Shown here in pieces: positions 55,872 through 64,000 of a DNA stretch of 64,000 bases; position 1 is the first letter of the stretch, and every line of letters starts with the position of its first letter. Made by a program: the position numbers and the translations under genes. The notes under the pieces are model-generated. The model was not told the DNA's origin, ran no database searches, and saw only the letters and a program-made list of their open reading frames with translations. This DNA is from Spirochaetaceae bacterium (GTDB lineage: Bacteria; Spirochaetota; Spirochaetia; DSM-27196; PWMO01), in NCBI GenBank assembly GCA_046541715.1, contig JBKHCS010000001.1, forward strand, positions 34,496 to 98,495, read 5' to 3'.

Positions 55872-57194
55872 CTACAAGTACCGCGACTTGATGCGGCCAC
55901 GCTTGGTCAGACCCTCGTGATGATGCATCCGCAAATGTCCTTCGATCTGAGACATCAAGTCGAGATCGACCCCAACCATAATCAATAGGGAGGTACCACC
56001 CATCAGGAAGGCGACCTGCTCAGGGAAGTTGAACAGGCTCTGAACGATCGTCGGGATAATCGCAATAAACGCCAGAAAGAGCGATCCCGGGAGAATAATG
56101 CGATTCAGAATGCGGGTAAAGTATTCTTCCATCTTCTCACTCCGGATTCCCGGTATTGATCCACCGTTCTCCCGGATGTTCTTCGATATCTCGATGGGAT
56201 TCAGGGTTACCTGGGTGTAGAAGTAGGCGAAGAACACGATCAACAGGGTGTAGACGATCAGATACGGAGTCGCATCCGGCCGGAGCCAGACCGACAGGTT
56301 CCGCAGCCATCGCACGTCCGGACCGAGACTCTGGGCAATCTGCAAGGGAAAGGTCAGAACCGATGACGCAAAGATAACAGGGATAACCCCCGAGGGGTTG
56401 ATCTTGAAGGGAACGTAGGTGTTCTGGGCACCATACATCCGTCGCCCGACAACCCGCTTCGCGTAGTGGACCGGGATCTTGCGCTGCCCGCGCTGCTCGT
56501 AGATAACGAGGGCGACCACCGCGACGAACATCGCGAAAACGACGATGACGAAGACCGGATTAAGATCTCCCCGCTGGATGTCCTGTATCAGAATCCAGAT
56601 GGCGTTGGGCATCCGGGCGACGATTCCAGCAAAGATAATCAGGGAAATACCGTTCCCGATTCCCCGCTGGTTGATCTGCTCACCGAGCCACATCAAGAAG
56701 ACGGTTCCCGCAGTTACCGTCAACATCGAGATAACGGTGTACACACCCCGTGGCAGGGTAATGGCATCGGGAATGCTGTCGGCATAGACCGTCACTGCGA
56801 AGGACTGGATAAGACAGACGACGACGGTCCCGTACCGCGTATACCGCTGAATCCGCTTTCTTCCCCCGTCTTCTTCGGAGATCTTCTTGAGTTTCGGGAA
56901 GACCAACAGCAACAGCTGCATGATGATCGACATCGAAATGTAGGGCATGATGCCGAGCATCAGGACGCTGAACCGGCTGAAGGCCCCGCCTGCGAAGAAG
57001 TCGAGATAGTCCGTTACCGAGATCCCCCCGGTGGCTTCCTGTGTGAGGAAGTAGAGGCGCAGGGCGTTCACATTGATTCCCGGAATAGGAATCGTCGCCC
57101 CGAGCCGAAAGACCATCAGGATAAAGAGAGTGTAGAGGATGCGGTCTCTCAGGTCCCGAATGCGGAATATATCGGTTAAGGCGTTACTCGCCAT
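55872..57194 (-). CDS. secY: Preprotein translocase subunit SecY
   Basis: 440 aa, 10 TM segments, located between rplO and rpmJ. Confidence 0.95.
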   Translation of the reverse strand: MASNALTDIFRIRDLRDRILYTLFILMVFRLGATIPIPGINVNALRLYFLTQEATGGISVTDYLDFFAGGAFSRFSVLMLGIMPYISMSIIMQLLLLVFPKLKKISEEDGGRKRIQRYTRYGTVVVCLIQSFAVTVYADSIPDAITLPRGVYTVISMLTVTAGTVFLMWLGEQINQRGIGNGISLIIFAGIVARMPNAIWILIQDIQRGDLNPVFVIVVFAMFVAVVALVIYEQRGQRKIPVHYAKRVVGRRMYGAQNTYVPFKINPSGVIPVIFASSVLTFPLQIAQSLGPDVRWLRNLSVWLRPDATPYLIVYTLLIVFFAYFYTQVTLNPIEISKNIRENGGSIPGIRSEKMEEYFTRILNRIILPGSLFLAFIAIIPTIVQSLFNFPEQVAFLMGGTSLLIMVGVDLDLMSQIEGHLRMHHHEGLTKRGRIKSRYL

Positions 57195-57660
57195 CGGTAC
57201 CCTCTATCTTGTCGGAGGTCGCCGGTTCCTCGACGCTACCGCCGGCGGCTCGGATCTTCTCGGCGGCGCTCTTGGATACCAAGAGGCCTTCCACCTTGAT
57301 CTTCTTGGTAATTTCGCCGTCGGCAAGAATCTTTACCAGATCTTCGCTGTTCTTAATCAGGTTCTTCGCCCTGAGGGTGTCGATGGATACCACGTCACCG
57401 TCGGAAAAGCGCTTGTCGATCTCGCCCAGGCTTACCGGAACGGCGGTTTTCTTGAAGGGATAGTTGGAGAAGCCACGCCGGGCAACCCGGCGAAAGAGGG
57501 GCATCTGCCCACCTTCGAAGCCGAGGCGCACGCCTCCGCCGGAACGGGAATTCTGGCCCTTCTGCCCCCGACCGGAGGTTTTGCCGCGACCGCTTCCCGG
57601 TCCCCGACCGAGTACCTTCTTCTTTCTGTTCGCTCCGGGCGTTACGTGTAGCTCTGCCAT
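57184..57660 (-). CDS. rplO: 50S ribosomal protein L15
   Basis: G/R-rich N-terminus, 158 aa, operon position. Confidence 0.9.
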   Translation of the reverse strand: MAELHVTPGANRKKKVLGRGPGSGRGKTSGRGQKGQNSRSGGGVRLGFEGGQMPLFRRVARRGFSNYPFKKTAVPVSLGEIDKRFSDGDVVSIDTLRAKNLIKNSEDLVKILADGEITKKIKVEGLLVSKSAAEKIRAAGGSVEEPATSDKIEGTDGE

Positions 57661-57663
57661 GGC

Positions 57664-57846
57664 TTATACTTCCTCGTATCTCACTAGATGCGAAACCGCT
57701 CGGACCATCCCAAGGATTGCGTCGTTGCTCTCCTTTTCTACCGAGTGGTTAATCTTCCGGAGTCCCAGGGCTCGGATGGTTCGGACGTGCTGCGGCTTCT
57801 GACCGCTGATGCTCCGAATCTGGGTGATGCGAATCTTCCCTGCCAT
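57664..57846 (-). CDS. rpmD: 50S ribosomal protein L30
   Basis: 60 aa, IRITQIRS...TIRALGLRKINH. Confidence 0.9.
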   Translation of the reverse strand: MAGKIRITQIRSISGQKPQHVRTIRALGLRKINHSVEKESNDAILGMVRAVSHLVRYEEV

Positions 57847-57849
57847 CTC

Positions 57850-58347
57850 CTACCCCCACATCTCCGGAATCGCCTTACCCCGGTTCTTGGCTATCTCCCG
57901 GGCATCCATAAGCCCTTCGAGACCCGTAAACACGGCCTTTACGATGTTCAAGGCGTTCTGAGAACCCAAAGACTTACTCAAGACGTCGTGAATCCCGGCC
58001 ATCTCCATGACGGCTCGGACCGGACCGCCGGCGATAATCCCGGTTCCCGGCGCCGCAGGCTTCATGAGCACCCGGGCGCTCTTGAAAGCCCCGATTATCT
58101 CGTGCGGAAGGGTCGCCTTTTTGAGGGGCACCCGAATGGTGCTCTTCTTCGCCCGCTCGACACCTTTCCGGATTGCCTCGGCGACGTCGTTCGCCTTGCC
58201 GAACCCAAAGCCGACCGTACCCGCCTTGTCGCCAACGACAACGAGGGCACTGAAGGAAAACCGCCGGCCGCCTTTGACAACCTTGGCAACACGGTTGAGC
58301 TTAATAAGTTTCTCGCTAAATTCCTGATCGCGTGAATCGTCCACCAT
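57850..58347 (-). CDS. rpsE: 30S ribosomal protein S5
   Basis: [16 protein letters not shown] motif. Confidence 0.95.
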   Translation of the reverse strand: MVDDSRDQEFSEKLIKLNRVAKVVKGGRRFSFSALVVVGDKAGTVGFGFGKANDVAEAIRKGVERAKKSTIRVPLKKATLPHEIIGAFKSARVLMKPAAPGTGIIAGGPVRAVMEMAGIHDVLSKSLGSQNALNIVKAVFTGLEGLMDAREIAKNRGKAIPEMWG

Positions 58348-58353
58348 TGCCCC

Positions 58354-58713
58354 CTAGAAGGTTACTCCGGACTCTCGGACGCCGTCGGCAAAGGCCTTGA
58401 CGACTCCATGATAGAGGTACCCGTTCCGGTCGAAGACTGCCGTCTTTATGCCGTTGTTCTTAAGCTCTTCTCCGAAAATCTTTCCGAGCTTTCCGGCATC
58501 CTCCACCGTCAGCTTGAGACCCTTTCCGGCACCGTGCACCGTCGAAGACGACGTAAGGGTCGAGCCCGTTTCGTCGTTTACGGCCTGGGCATAGAGGTAG
58601 CGGTTGCTCTTAAAAACCGAAATACGCGGTCGCTCCGCACTACCGGTAATCCGGCCCCGGATTCGCGTCTTGCGGCGCTTTCGACGCCGGATCTTTTCCT
58701 CAACTCGTTTCAT
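58354..58713 (-). CDS. rplR: 50S ribosomal protein L18
   Basis: RPRISVFKSNRYLYAQ and DRNGYLYHGVVKAFADG. Confidence 0.95.
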   Translation of the reverse strand: MKRVEEKIRRRKRRKTRIRGRITGSAERPRISVFKSNRYLYAQAVNDETGSTLTSSSTVHGAGKGLKLTVEDAGKLGKIFGEELKNNGIKTAVFDRNGYLYHGVVKAFADGVRESGVTF

Positions 58714-58728
58714 TCTACCTATTCCCCG

Positions 58729-59268
58729 CTACTTGATGCCGGACTTTCCAACTTTGCGAACGATCTGCTCGTCCTCGTATTTGACGCCTTTGCCCTTGTA
58801 TGGCTCCGGCGGCCGTAACGACCGGATCTCAGAGGCCATCTGACCTACTCGCTGCTTGTCGATTCCGGAAATCCTGATCTTGTTCGGTCCCTCTACCGCG
58901 ACCTCGAGGTCACTCGGTATCGGATACTCTATGGGCATCGAGTATCCGAGGCTGAGCACCAGGCTCTGTCCCTGCTGCTCCGCCCGGTAGCCGACGCCGT
59001 TGATCACCAGGACCTTGGTAAACCCCGTGGTCACTCCGGTAACCATATTCTGCACGAGCCGTTGATAAAGACCGTGCATCGACTTCGCCGGCTTGGTTTC
59101 GTTCTTCCGGGTAACCGTACAGACACCGTCGTCGACGGAAATCGTCACCAAGGGCTTGTAGTCCTGTGTCAGCGTTCCCTTCGGCCCCTTTACGACGACT
59201 TGCGTCGGGTCGATGCTAATTTCGACACCGGAGGGCACGGGAATCGGCTGTTTTCCTACGCGCGACAT
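58729..59268 (-). CDS. rplF: 50S ribosomal protein L6
   Basis: MSRVGKQPIPVPSGV... Confidence 0.95.
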   Translation of the reverse strand: MSRVGKQPIPVPSGVEISIDPTQVVVKGPKGTLTQDYKPLVTISVDDGVCTVTRKNETKPAKSMHGLYQRLVQNMVTGVTTGFTKVLVINGVGYRAEQQGQSLVLSLGYSMPIEYPIPSDLEVAVEGPNKIRISGIDKQRVGQMASEIRSLRPPEPYKGKGVKYEDEQIVRKVGKSGIK

Positions 59269-59280
59269 ATTACTTGCTCC

Positions 59281-59679
59281 CTACCAGACGGTACAAATGA
59301 CCTCGCCGCCGACCTTCTTCTCCAGAGCCTTGCGGCCGGTGGTGACGCCGGTCGAGGTCGAAACAATAACGGTACCGAACCCGTTAAAAACCCGAGGCAT
59401 AAAGCGATAGCCTGAGTATACCCGGCGGCCGGGTTTGGAAACCCGCTTGAGGCCGTGGATGATGGGTCGGTTCTCGTCGTCGTACTTGAGAAAGATCCGG
59501 ATGACGGTGTTTCCGTTCTCCGAAACCTTCTTGAAGTTCTTCACGAAGCCTTCGTTCTTGAGAATCTTCACGATCTCCAGCTTCAGCTTCGACGGAGTTA
59601 CGTCTACCTTTTCAAACTTCGCAACGCTCGCATTGCGAATCTTCGTCAACATGTCAGCTACAGGGTCAGATACGCTCAT
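59281..59679 (-). CDS. rpsH: 30S ribosomal protein S8
   Basis: [13 protein letters not shown]... Confidence 0.95.
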   Translation of the reverse strand: MSVSDPVADMLTKIRNASVAKFEKVDVTPSKLKLEIVKILKNEGFVKNFKKVSENGNTVIRIFLKYDDENRPIIHGLKRVSKPGRRVYSGYRFMPRVFNGFGTVIVSTSTGVTTGRKALEKKVGGEVICTVW

Positions 59680-59688
59680 ATTCCTCCC

Positions 59689-59874
59689 CTACCAACTCGA
59701 CTTCGTAACACCGGGAATCAATCCCTGGCTTGCCAGTTCCCGAAAACAGACACGGCACATCTGGAACTTTCTCATGTAGCCTCTCGGGCGCCCGCAGACT
59801 CGGCAGCGGTTGTAGCGCCGCGTGCTGAACTTAGGAGGCTTCTGGGATTTTACAATTAGCGACTTCTTGGCCAT
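59689..59874 (-). CDS. rpsN: 30S ribosomal protein S14, short zinc-binding (type Z) form
   Basis: 61 aa with CxxC...CxxC (CRVCGRPRG...CRVC). Confidence 0.95.
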   Translation of the reverse strand: MAKKSLIVKSQKPPKFSTRRYNRCRVCGRPRGYMRKFQMCRVCFRELASQGLIPGVTKSSW

Positions 59875-59885
59875 TTACGCTCCTC

Positions 59886-60449
59886 CTACTTCCGAAACGG
59901 CATGCCGAGCTTTTCGAGAAGGCTCTTGCCTTCCTGATCCGTCTGTGCCGTCGTAACGATAACGATGTTAAGACCACTAATCCGTTCGATCTTGTCGTAG
60001 TCGATCTCCGGAAAGATGATTTGCTCGGTAATACCGAGGGAGTAATTACCATGCCCATCGAAGGCGTTTCCGCTTACGCCCCGGAAGTCCTTGACCCGGG
60101 GAAGGGCAATGTTTATGAGGCGATAGAGAAAATCGTACATCCGGGAACCCCGGAGGGTTACCTTGGCACCGACTTCCATACCTTCCCGAAGCTTGAAGTT
60201 CGAGATAGATTTCCGGGCTTTGGTCTTTACCGCCTTCTGCCCGGCAATAAGGGAGAGCTCGTCCACTGCGGCATCCAGGAACTTCTTGTTCACGATGGCG
60301 TCGCCGACGCCGGCGCTCAGAACAATCCGATCGATCCTGGGCACCTGCATTACCGTGGTGTAGCCAAACTCTTCCATCAGCGCCGGAAGGGCCTTCTCTC
60401 GATAGAGAGCCTTCATCGGCGGGACGTAGTTTTTGGTTGCTACCGCCAT
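59886..60449 (-). CDS. rplE: 50S ribosomal protein L5
   Basis: 187 aa, operon position, [16 protein letters not shown]. Confidence 0.95.
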   Translation of the reverse strand: MAVATKNYVPPMKALYREKALPALMEEFGYTTVMQVPRIDRIVLSAGVGDAIVNKKFLDAAVDELSLIAGQKAVKTKARKSISNFKLREGMEVGAKVTLRGSRMYDFLYRLINIALPRVKDFRGVSGNAFDGHGNYSLGITEQIIFPEIDYDKIERISGLNIVIVTTAQTDQEGKSLLEKLGMPFRK

Positions 60450-60766
60450 TACAGTTCTTCTCCCGTTTTCTTGAGGTACCGGACTTTCCGGTTCCCATCA
60501 ATCCGTATCCCCACCCGACTCGGTCGACCGTTCTTGGTAACCGCCATAACGTTGGAAACGTGGAGGGGCGCTTCGACTTCGATAATACCCGCCCGGTCGT
60601 TCTGACGCCGTTTGCGAACCGCCTTCTTGACCAGGTTCACACCTTCGACGACCACCCGGTGGCTGCCGTGCTCGATCCGCAGAATCCGACCGGTCTTCCC
60701 CTTGTCCTTTCCCGCGATCACTATCACGTTGTCGTTCTTCTTGAGTTTGGTAGTTCCTTCTGCCAT
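60449..60766 (-). CDS. rplX: 50S ribosomal protein L24
   Basis: Start at the internal ATG 60766 ([24 protein letters not shown]). The ORF-track start overlaps rplN. Confidence 0.9.
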   Translation of the reverse strand: MAEGTTKLKKNDNVIVIAGKDKGKTGRILRIEHGSHRVVVEGVNLVKKAVRKRRQNDRAGIIEVEAPLHVSNVMAVTKNGRPSRVGIRIDGNRKVRYLKKTGEEL

Positions 60767-60776
60767 GCCTGCGCTC

Positions 60777-61145
60777 CTAAAGCACTTCCGGGGCAAGGGA
60801 TACAATTTTCATGTACTCCTCTTCCCTCAGTTCCCGTGCTACCGGGCCGAAAATCCGCTTACCCTTAGGGTTGCTCGTGGCGTCGATAATTACACAGGCG
60901 TTATCGTCGAACCGGATGTAGGTTCCGTCGGCCCGACGGTATTCCTTCTTGGTTCGAACGATAACCGCTCGCTCGACATTACCCTTCTTAACCGGCGCAT
61001 TCGGAAGCGCATCCTTTACGGCGACAACGATGGTGTCTCCGACCGATGCTACCCGACGTTTGCTTCCACCGAGGACCTTTATGCACTGCACCCGTTTGGC
61101 GCCGCTGTTGTCCGCGACATTAAGGTACGAGTTCATCTGAATCAT
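60777..61145 (-). CDS. rplN: 50S ribosomal protein L14
   Basis: [17 protein letters not shown]... Confidence 0.95.
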   Translation of the reverse strand: MIQMNSYLNVADNSGAKRVQCIKVLGGSKRRVASVGDTIVVAVKDALPNAPVKKGNVERAVIVRTKKEYRRADGTYIRFDDNACVIIDATSNPKGKRIFGPVARELREEEYMKIVSLAPEVL

Positions 61146-61156
61146 CTCACCCCTCC

Positions 61157-61426
61157 CTAGCGGGCCCGCTCGACGATTTCGAGGAGCGCCCAGTGCTTTT
61201 CTTTGCTAAGGGGCCTATGTTCTACGACTCGGACGGTATCGCCGATGTGGGCGTTATTCTCTTCGTCGTGGGCCTTCACTTTCTTGGTCAGCTTGATGTA
61301 CTTCTTATAAAGCCGGTGGACGTTACGCTTCTGAACGGCGACGACGATGGTCTTGTTCATCTTATCGCTCGTCACGACGCCTTGAAGAACCCGCCGGCTC
61401 TTCGTCGTTTCCGTGGTATCAGCCAT
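61157..61426 (-). CDS. rpsQ: 30S ribosomal protein S17
   Basis: [14 protein letters not shown]...AHDEEN...GD.V. Confidence 0.95.
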   Translation of the reverse strand: MADTTETTKSRRVLQGVVTSDKMNKTIVVAVQKRNVHRLYKKYIKLTKKVKAHDEENNAHIGDTVRVVEHRPLSKEKHWALLEIVERAR

Positions 61427-61430
61427 CCCG

Positions 61431-61634
61431 TTACTCCTGTGACTCCACGACTTCGGCGTGGTTATAGATCAAAGTGTTGAGCCGAGCTATCTTCCGGCGA
61501 ATCGTTCGCTTCTCCAGCGGGTTCTCCACGTGACCCATCACCATATCGAATCGGACGTTCTGGTAGCGCTTTTTGAGCTCTTCCCGCTTCGCCACCAGTT
61601 CCTCGAAGGTGAGATCGCGAAATGAATCTCTCAT
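61431..61634 (-). CDS. rpmC: 50S ribosomal protein L29
   Basis: 67 aa, operon position. Confidence 0.9.
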   Translation of the reverse strand: MRDSFRDLTFEELVAKREELKKRYQNVRFDMVMGHVENPLEKRTIRRKIARLNTLIYNHAEVVESQE

Positions 61635-62056
61635 TACACAACTCCTCGAGTTACAAACTTGGTGTGGACCGGCAGCTTGTGAGCCGCCAGGCGAAGCGCC
61701 TCTTGAGCCAACTCGGGATTGACGCCGGCAAGCTCGAACATAATCGTCCCGGGCTGTACGGCGGCGACCCAGTGCTCCGGGCTCCCCTTGCCTTTACCCA
61801 TCCGCGTTTCCGCCGGCTTCTTGGTATAGGGGACGTCCGGGAAGATACGGATCCACACTTTTCCGCCACGCTTAATGTGACGGGTCATTGCGATACGAGC
61901 GGCCTCGATCTGGCGGTTGGTAATCCAGAAAGCGTCGAGGGACATCAAGCCGTATTCGCCGAAGGAAAGCGTGTTTCCCCGGGTTGCTATTCCCCCAAGG
62001 CTCCGGTTTACCCGGCGCTGCTGCTTCCTGTATTTTGTTCGCTTTGGACTAAGCAT
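61634..62056 (-). CDS. rplP: 50S ribosomal protein L16
   Basis: [14 protein letters not shown]... Confidence 0.95.
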   Translation of the reverse strand: MLSPKRTKYRKQQRRVNRSLGGIATRGNTLSFGEYGLMSLDAFWITNRQIEAARIAMTRHIKRGGKVWIRIFPDVPYTKKPAETRMGKGKGSPEHWVAAVQPGTIMFELAGVNPELAQEALRLAAHKLPVHTKFVTRGVV

Positions 62057-62058
62057 TT

Positions 62059-62760
62059 CTAAGCCTCTCCCTCGCCTCTATCTCTGCGCTTCCGTACCAA
62101 AAGGCCGGCGTCCTCTTTCCGGTCCTTCCGGAGGATTTCTCCGCCGAAGACCCACACCTTGACGCCGATGGTGCCGAAGGTCGTGTTCGACTCGGCAAAG
62201 CCGTAGTCTATGTCCGCCCGGAGCGTGTGCAACGGAATTCTTCCGTCCTTGATCGACTCGCTTCGCGACATTTCAGAACCGCCAAGACGCCCGGCGATGC
62301 GAATCTTGATTCCCTGGACACCGGCCTTGGTCGCTCCTCCGACGGCCATCTTGAGGGTCCGGCGAAAAGAGGAACGAGACCGGAGCTGCCGGGCAACGTT
62401 CAAGGCGATTACCTGAGCGTTTGTCTCAGGGCGCTTAATCTCCTTGATCTTGATCTGGATCTTCTTCCCGGCTTCCTTCTGCAGAAGAGCCCCGATCTTT
62501 TCGATGGTCGAGCCCTTGGTGCCGATAATCACACCCGGCCGAGAGCTATGAATGACCAAAGTGATTCTCTGGGGATGACGGATAATCTCCACTTCGGCGA
62601 GCTCCGCGTTCCGGGTAAGGGGGCTCGAATCGAGGAGGCGTCGCAGCTTGAGATCCTCATGGAGCGTGCTTGCATATTCCCTGGGGTCGACGAACCATTT
62701 GGACTTCCAGGTCTTGTTTATGCCGAGCCGAAGCCCGATCGGATTTACTTTCTGTCCCAC
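62059..62760 (-). CDS. rpsC: 30S ribosomal protein S3
   Basis: [13 protein letters not shown]... Confidence 0.95.
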   Translation of the reverse strand: MGQKVNPIGLRLGINKTWKSKWFVDPREYASTLHEDLKLRRLLDSSPLTRNAELAEVEIIRHPQRITLVIHSSRPGVIIGTKGSTIEKIGALLQKEAGKKIQIKIKEIKRPETNAQVIALNVARQLRSRSSFRRTLKMAVGGATKAGVQGIKIRIAGRLGGSEMSRSESIKDGRIPLHTLRADIDYGFAESNTTFGTIGVKVWVFGGEILRKDRKEDAGLLVRKRRDRGEGEA

Positions 62761-62761
62761 C

Positions 62762-63124
62762 TTACGCCCCCTTGTGGCCTATCTCGTCGACGACCGCGGT
62801 GATGTGACTCATCCTCTTTTGGAGAATGTCCGCCCGTCCCCGAGCGCGATACCAGATCCGCTTGTACCGGGGGCCTTCGTTCACCAGCAACTGCTTGATA
62901 TAGAGCATGTCTTCGTCGAGGTTTTTATTCAGGTACAGCGCGTTCGCCGCCGCCGACTCGATAACCTTCTTCAACATCCGGGCACCCCGATGCGGGAGAT
63001 GCTCCAGAATCGCAATAGCCTCGGTATACGGGCGGCGGCGAATCTGCGTTGCCACCCGCCGCACCTTCGTCGGCGCAATAAGCAAGAAGCGCCCGTGGGC
63101 CTTAAAGCCGGTTGTTTCTGCCAT
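62762..63124 (-). CDS. rplV: 50S ribosomal protein L22
   Basis: Start at the internal ATG 63124 ([22 protein letters not shown]). The ORF-track start overlaps rpsS. Confidence 0.9.
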   Translation of the reverse strand: MAETTGFKAHGRFLLIAPTKVRRVATQIRRRPYTEAIAILEHLPHRGARMLKKVIESAAANALYLNKNLDEDMLYIKQLLVNEGPRYKRIWYRARGRADILQKRMSHITAVVDEIGHKGA

Positions 63125-63135
63125 TCTCTCTCTCC

Positions 63136-63417
63136 CTAACGCTTCGAAGCCTTCTTGTCGGAGCCGGCGTGCCCCCGGAAGGTCCGGGTCGGAGAAAACT
63201 CTCCAAGCTTGTGTCCGACGAGGTTTTCCGTAACGTAGACCGGGACCCACGTCTTACCGTTGTAAACCGAGACGGTTAGTCCGACCATCTCCGGGATAAT
63301 CGTCGAGGTGCGGGAATAGGTCTTGATAATCTTCTTCTGCCCCGAGCGGTTCATCTCCACAACCCGGCTGTAAAGACTCTTCTCGATAAATGGTCCCTTC
63401 TTGATTGATCTGGACAT
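63136..63417 (-). CDS. rpsS: 30S ribosomal protein S19
   Basis: [10 protein letters not shown]... Confidence 0.95.
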   Translation of the reverse strand: MSRSIKKGPFIEKSLYSRVVEMNRSGQKKIIKTYSRTSTIIPEMVGLTVSVYNGKTWVPVYVTENLVGHKLGEFSPTRTFRGHAGSDKKASKR

Positions 63418-64000
63418 CTACTTCTTGCCCCGCTTCTTCACGATAAATCTGTCGGACTGCTTGTGTGCCTTCCGGGTCTTGTAACCCTTCGTCGGAACAC
63501 CCCAGGGGCTCACCGGATGGCGCCCCCCCGAGGTTCGCCCCTCACCACCGCCATGGGGGTGGTCGTGAGGGTTCATAACGACTCCCCGGACCTTCGGCCG
63601 TCGACCGAGCCACCGGGACCGCCCGGCTTTGCCGAGATTGACATTCATGTGATCTTCGTTGCCGACGCTCCCCACGGTGGCCGAGCAGCGCTTAAAAATC
63701 ATCCGCATCTCCCCGGAGGGAAGCCGAACGGTAACGTAGTCCTTCTCTTTCGCGACCAGAACGGCGCCGCCGCCGGCGGCACGGACCATCTGTCCGCCGC
63801 GCCCGAGCTGCAGCTCGATGTTATGAACCGTAGTACCCAAGGGAATCGACTCCAGGGGAAGGCTGTTGCCTACCTGAACGGGAGCCTGATCACCCGAGAG
63901 CACGGTAGCACCGGCAACCAAGCCCTTCGGAGCGATGATGTAGCGCTTCTCCCCGTCGGCGTAGACCACCAGCGCGATATTCGCGCTACGGTTCGGGTCG
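63418..64000 (-). CDS. rplB: 50S ribosomal protein L2, C-terminal part (5' end outside window)
   Basis: GGGEGR, HPHGGG and the KTRK tail. The reading frame stays open to the window edge. Confidence 0.95.
   Translation of the reverse strand, partial: DPNRSANIALVVYADGEKRYIIAPKGLVAGATVLSGDQAPVQVGNSLPLESIPLGTTVHNIELQLGRGGQMVRAAGGGAVLVAKEKDYVTVRLPSGEMRMIFKRCSATVGSVGNEDHMNVNLGKAGRSRWLGRRPKVRGVVMNPHDHPHGGGEGRTSGGRHPVSPWGVPTKGYKTRKAHKQSDRFIVKKRGKK

Noticed and set aside
53248-64000. Absence of rpsD, adk, map and infA from the ribosomal cluster, considered as a possible deletion or rearrangement
   Set aside because: Gene junctions are tight and intact (rpsK to rpoA, secY to rpmJ). As far as I recall this reduced order is normal for spirochaetes, so it is more likely a lineage trait than an event.

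Overview
This window is GC-rich by eye (roughly 60%, not computed) and densely coding. It looks like core chromosome of a spirochaete, not an accessory island. That lineage guess is from memory and rests on a compact 594-aa AlaRS, PPDK, an rpsM-rpsK-rpoA-rplQ arrangement without rpsD/adk/map/infA, and an Hk2/Rrp2-like pair next to murG-cvpA.

Plus strand, in order:
- an XDH/CoxLSM-like oxidoreductase trio, then dnaE, yggT, recG-rsmD and hisZG
- a TPR pair, an ABC-F ATPase, a DUF2721 protein and tRNA-Phe
- groES, asd-lysC and a J-domain protein
- a complete pstSCAB-phoU-phoBR phosphate module

Minus strand, in order:
- alaS and ppdK
- a short RpoS-like sigma factor
- a RadC/JAB-DinG fusion helicase
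- a murG-cvpA-holB-HK-NtrC operon
- a pseudo-receiver GGDEF protein
- htrA-uvrB-SH3 lipoprotein-DUF445, then comM and rnhA
- a 996-aa acidic membrane protein
- the ribosomal-protein/secY/rpoA cluster, rplB to rplQ. It includes rpmJ, which the ORF track misses.

I found no CRISPR array, transposon, prophage or obvious defence island. The most interesting signals are regulatory or architectural:
- a near-consensus sigma-54 promoter in front of the RpoS-like gene, with a GAFTGA activator encoded in the same window
- an array of GGTCAA/TTGACC half-sites in the sigma/groES divergent spacer
- an intact JAMM/RadC domain fused to a DinG helicase
- a perfect 17-bp tandem repeat upstream of pstS

All homology calls come from motif recognition in the supplied translations. 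No database searches were run. Many long antisense ORFs are GC-bias artefacts.
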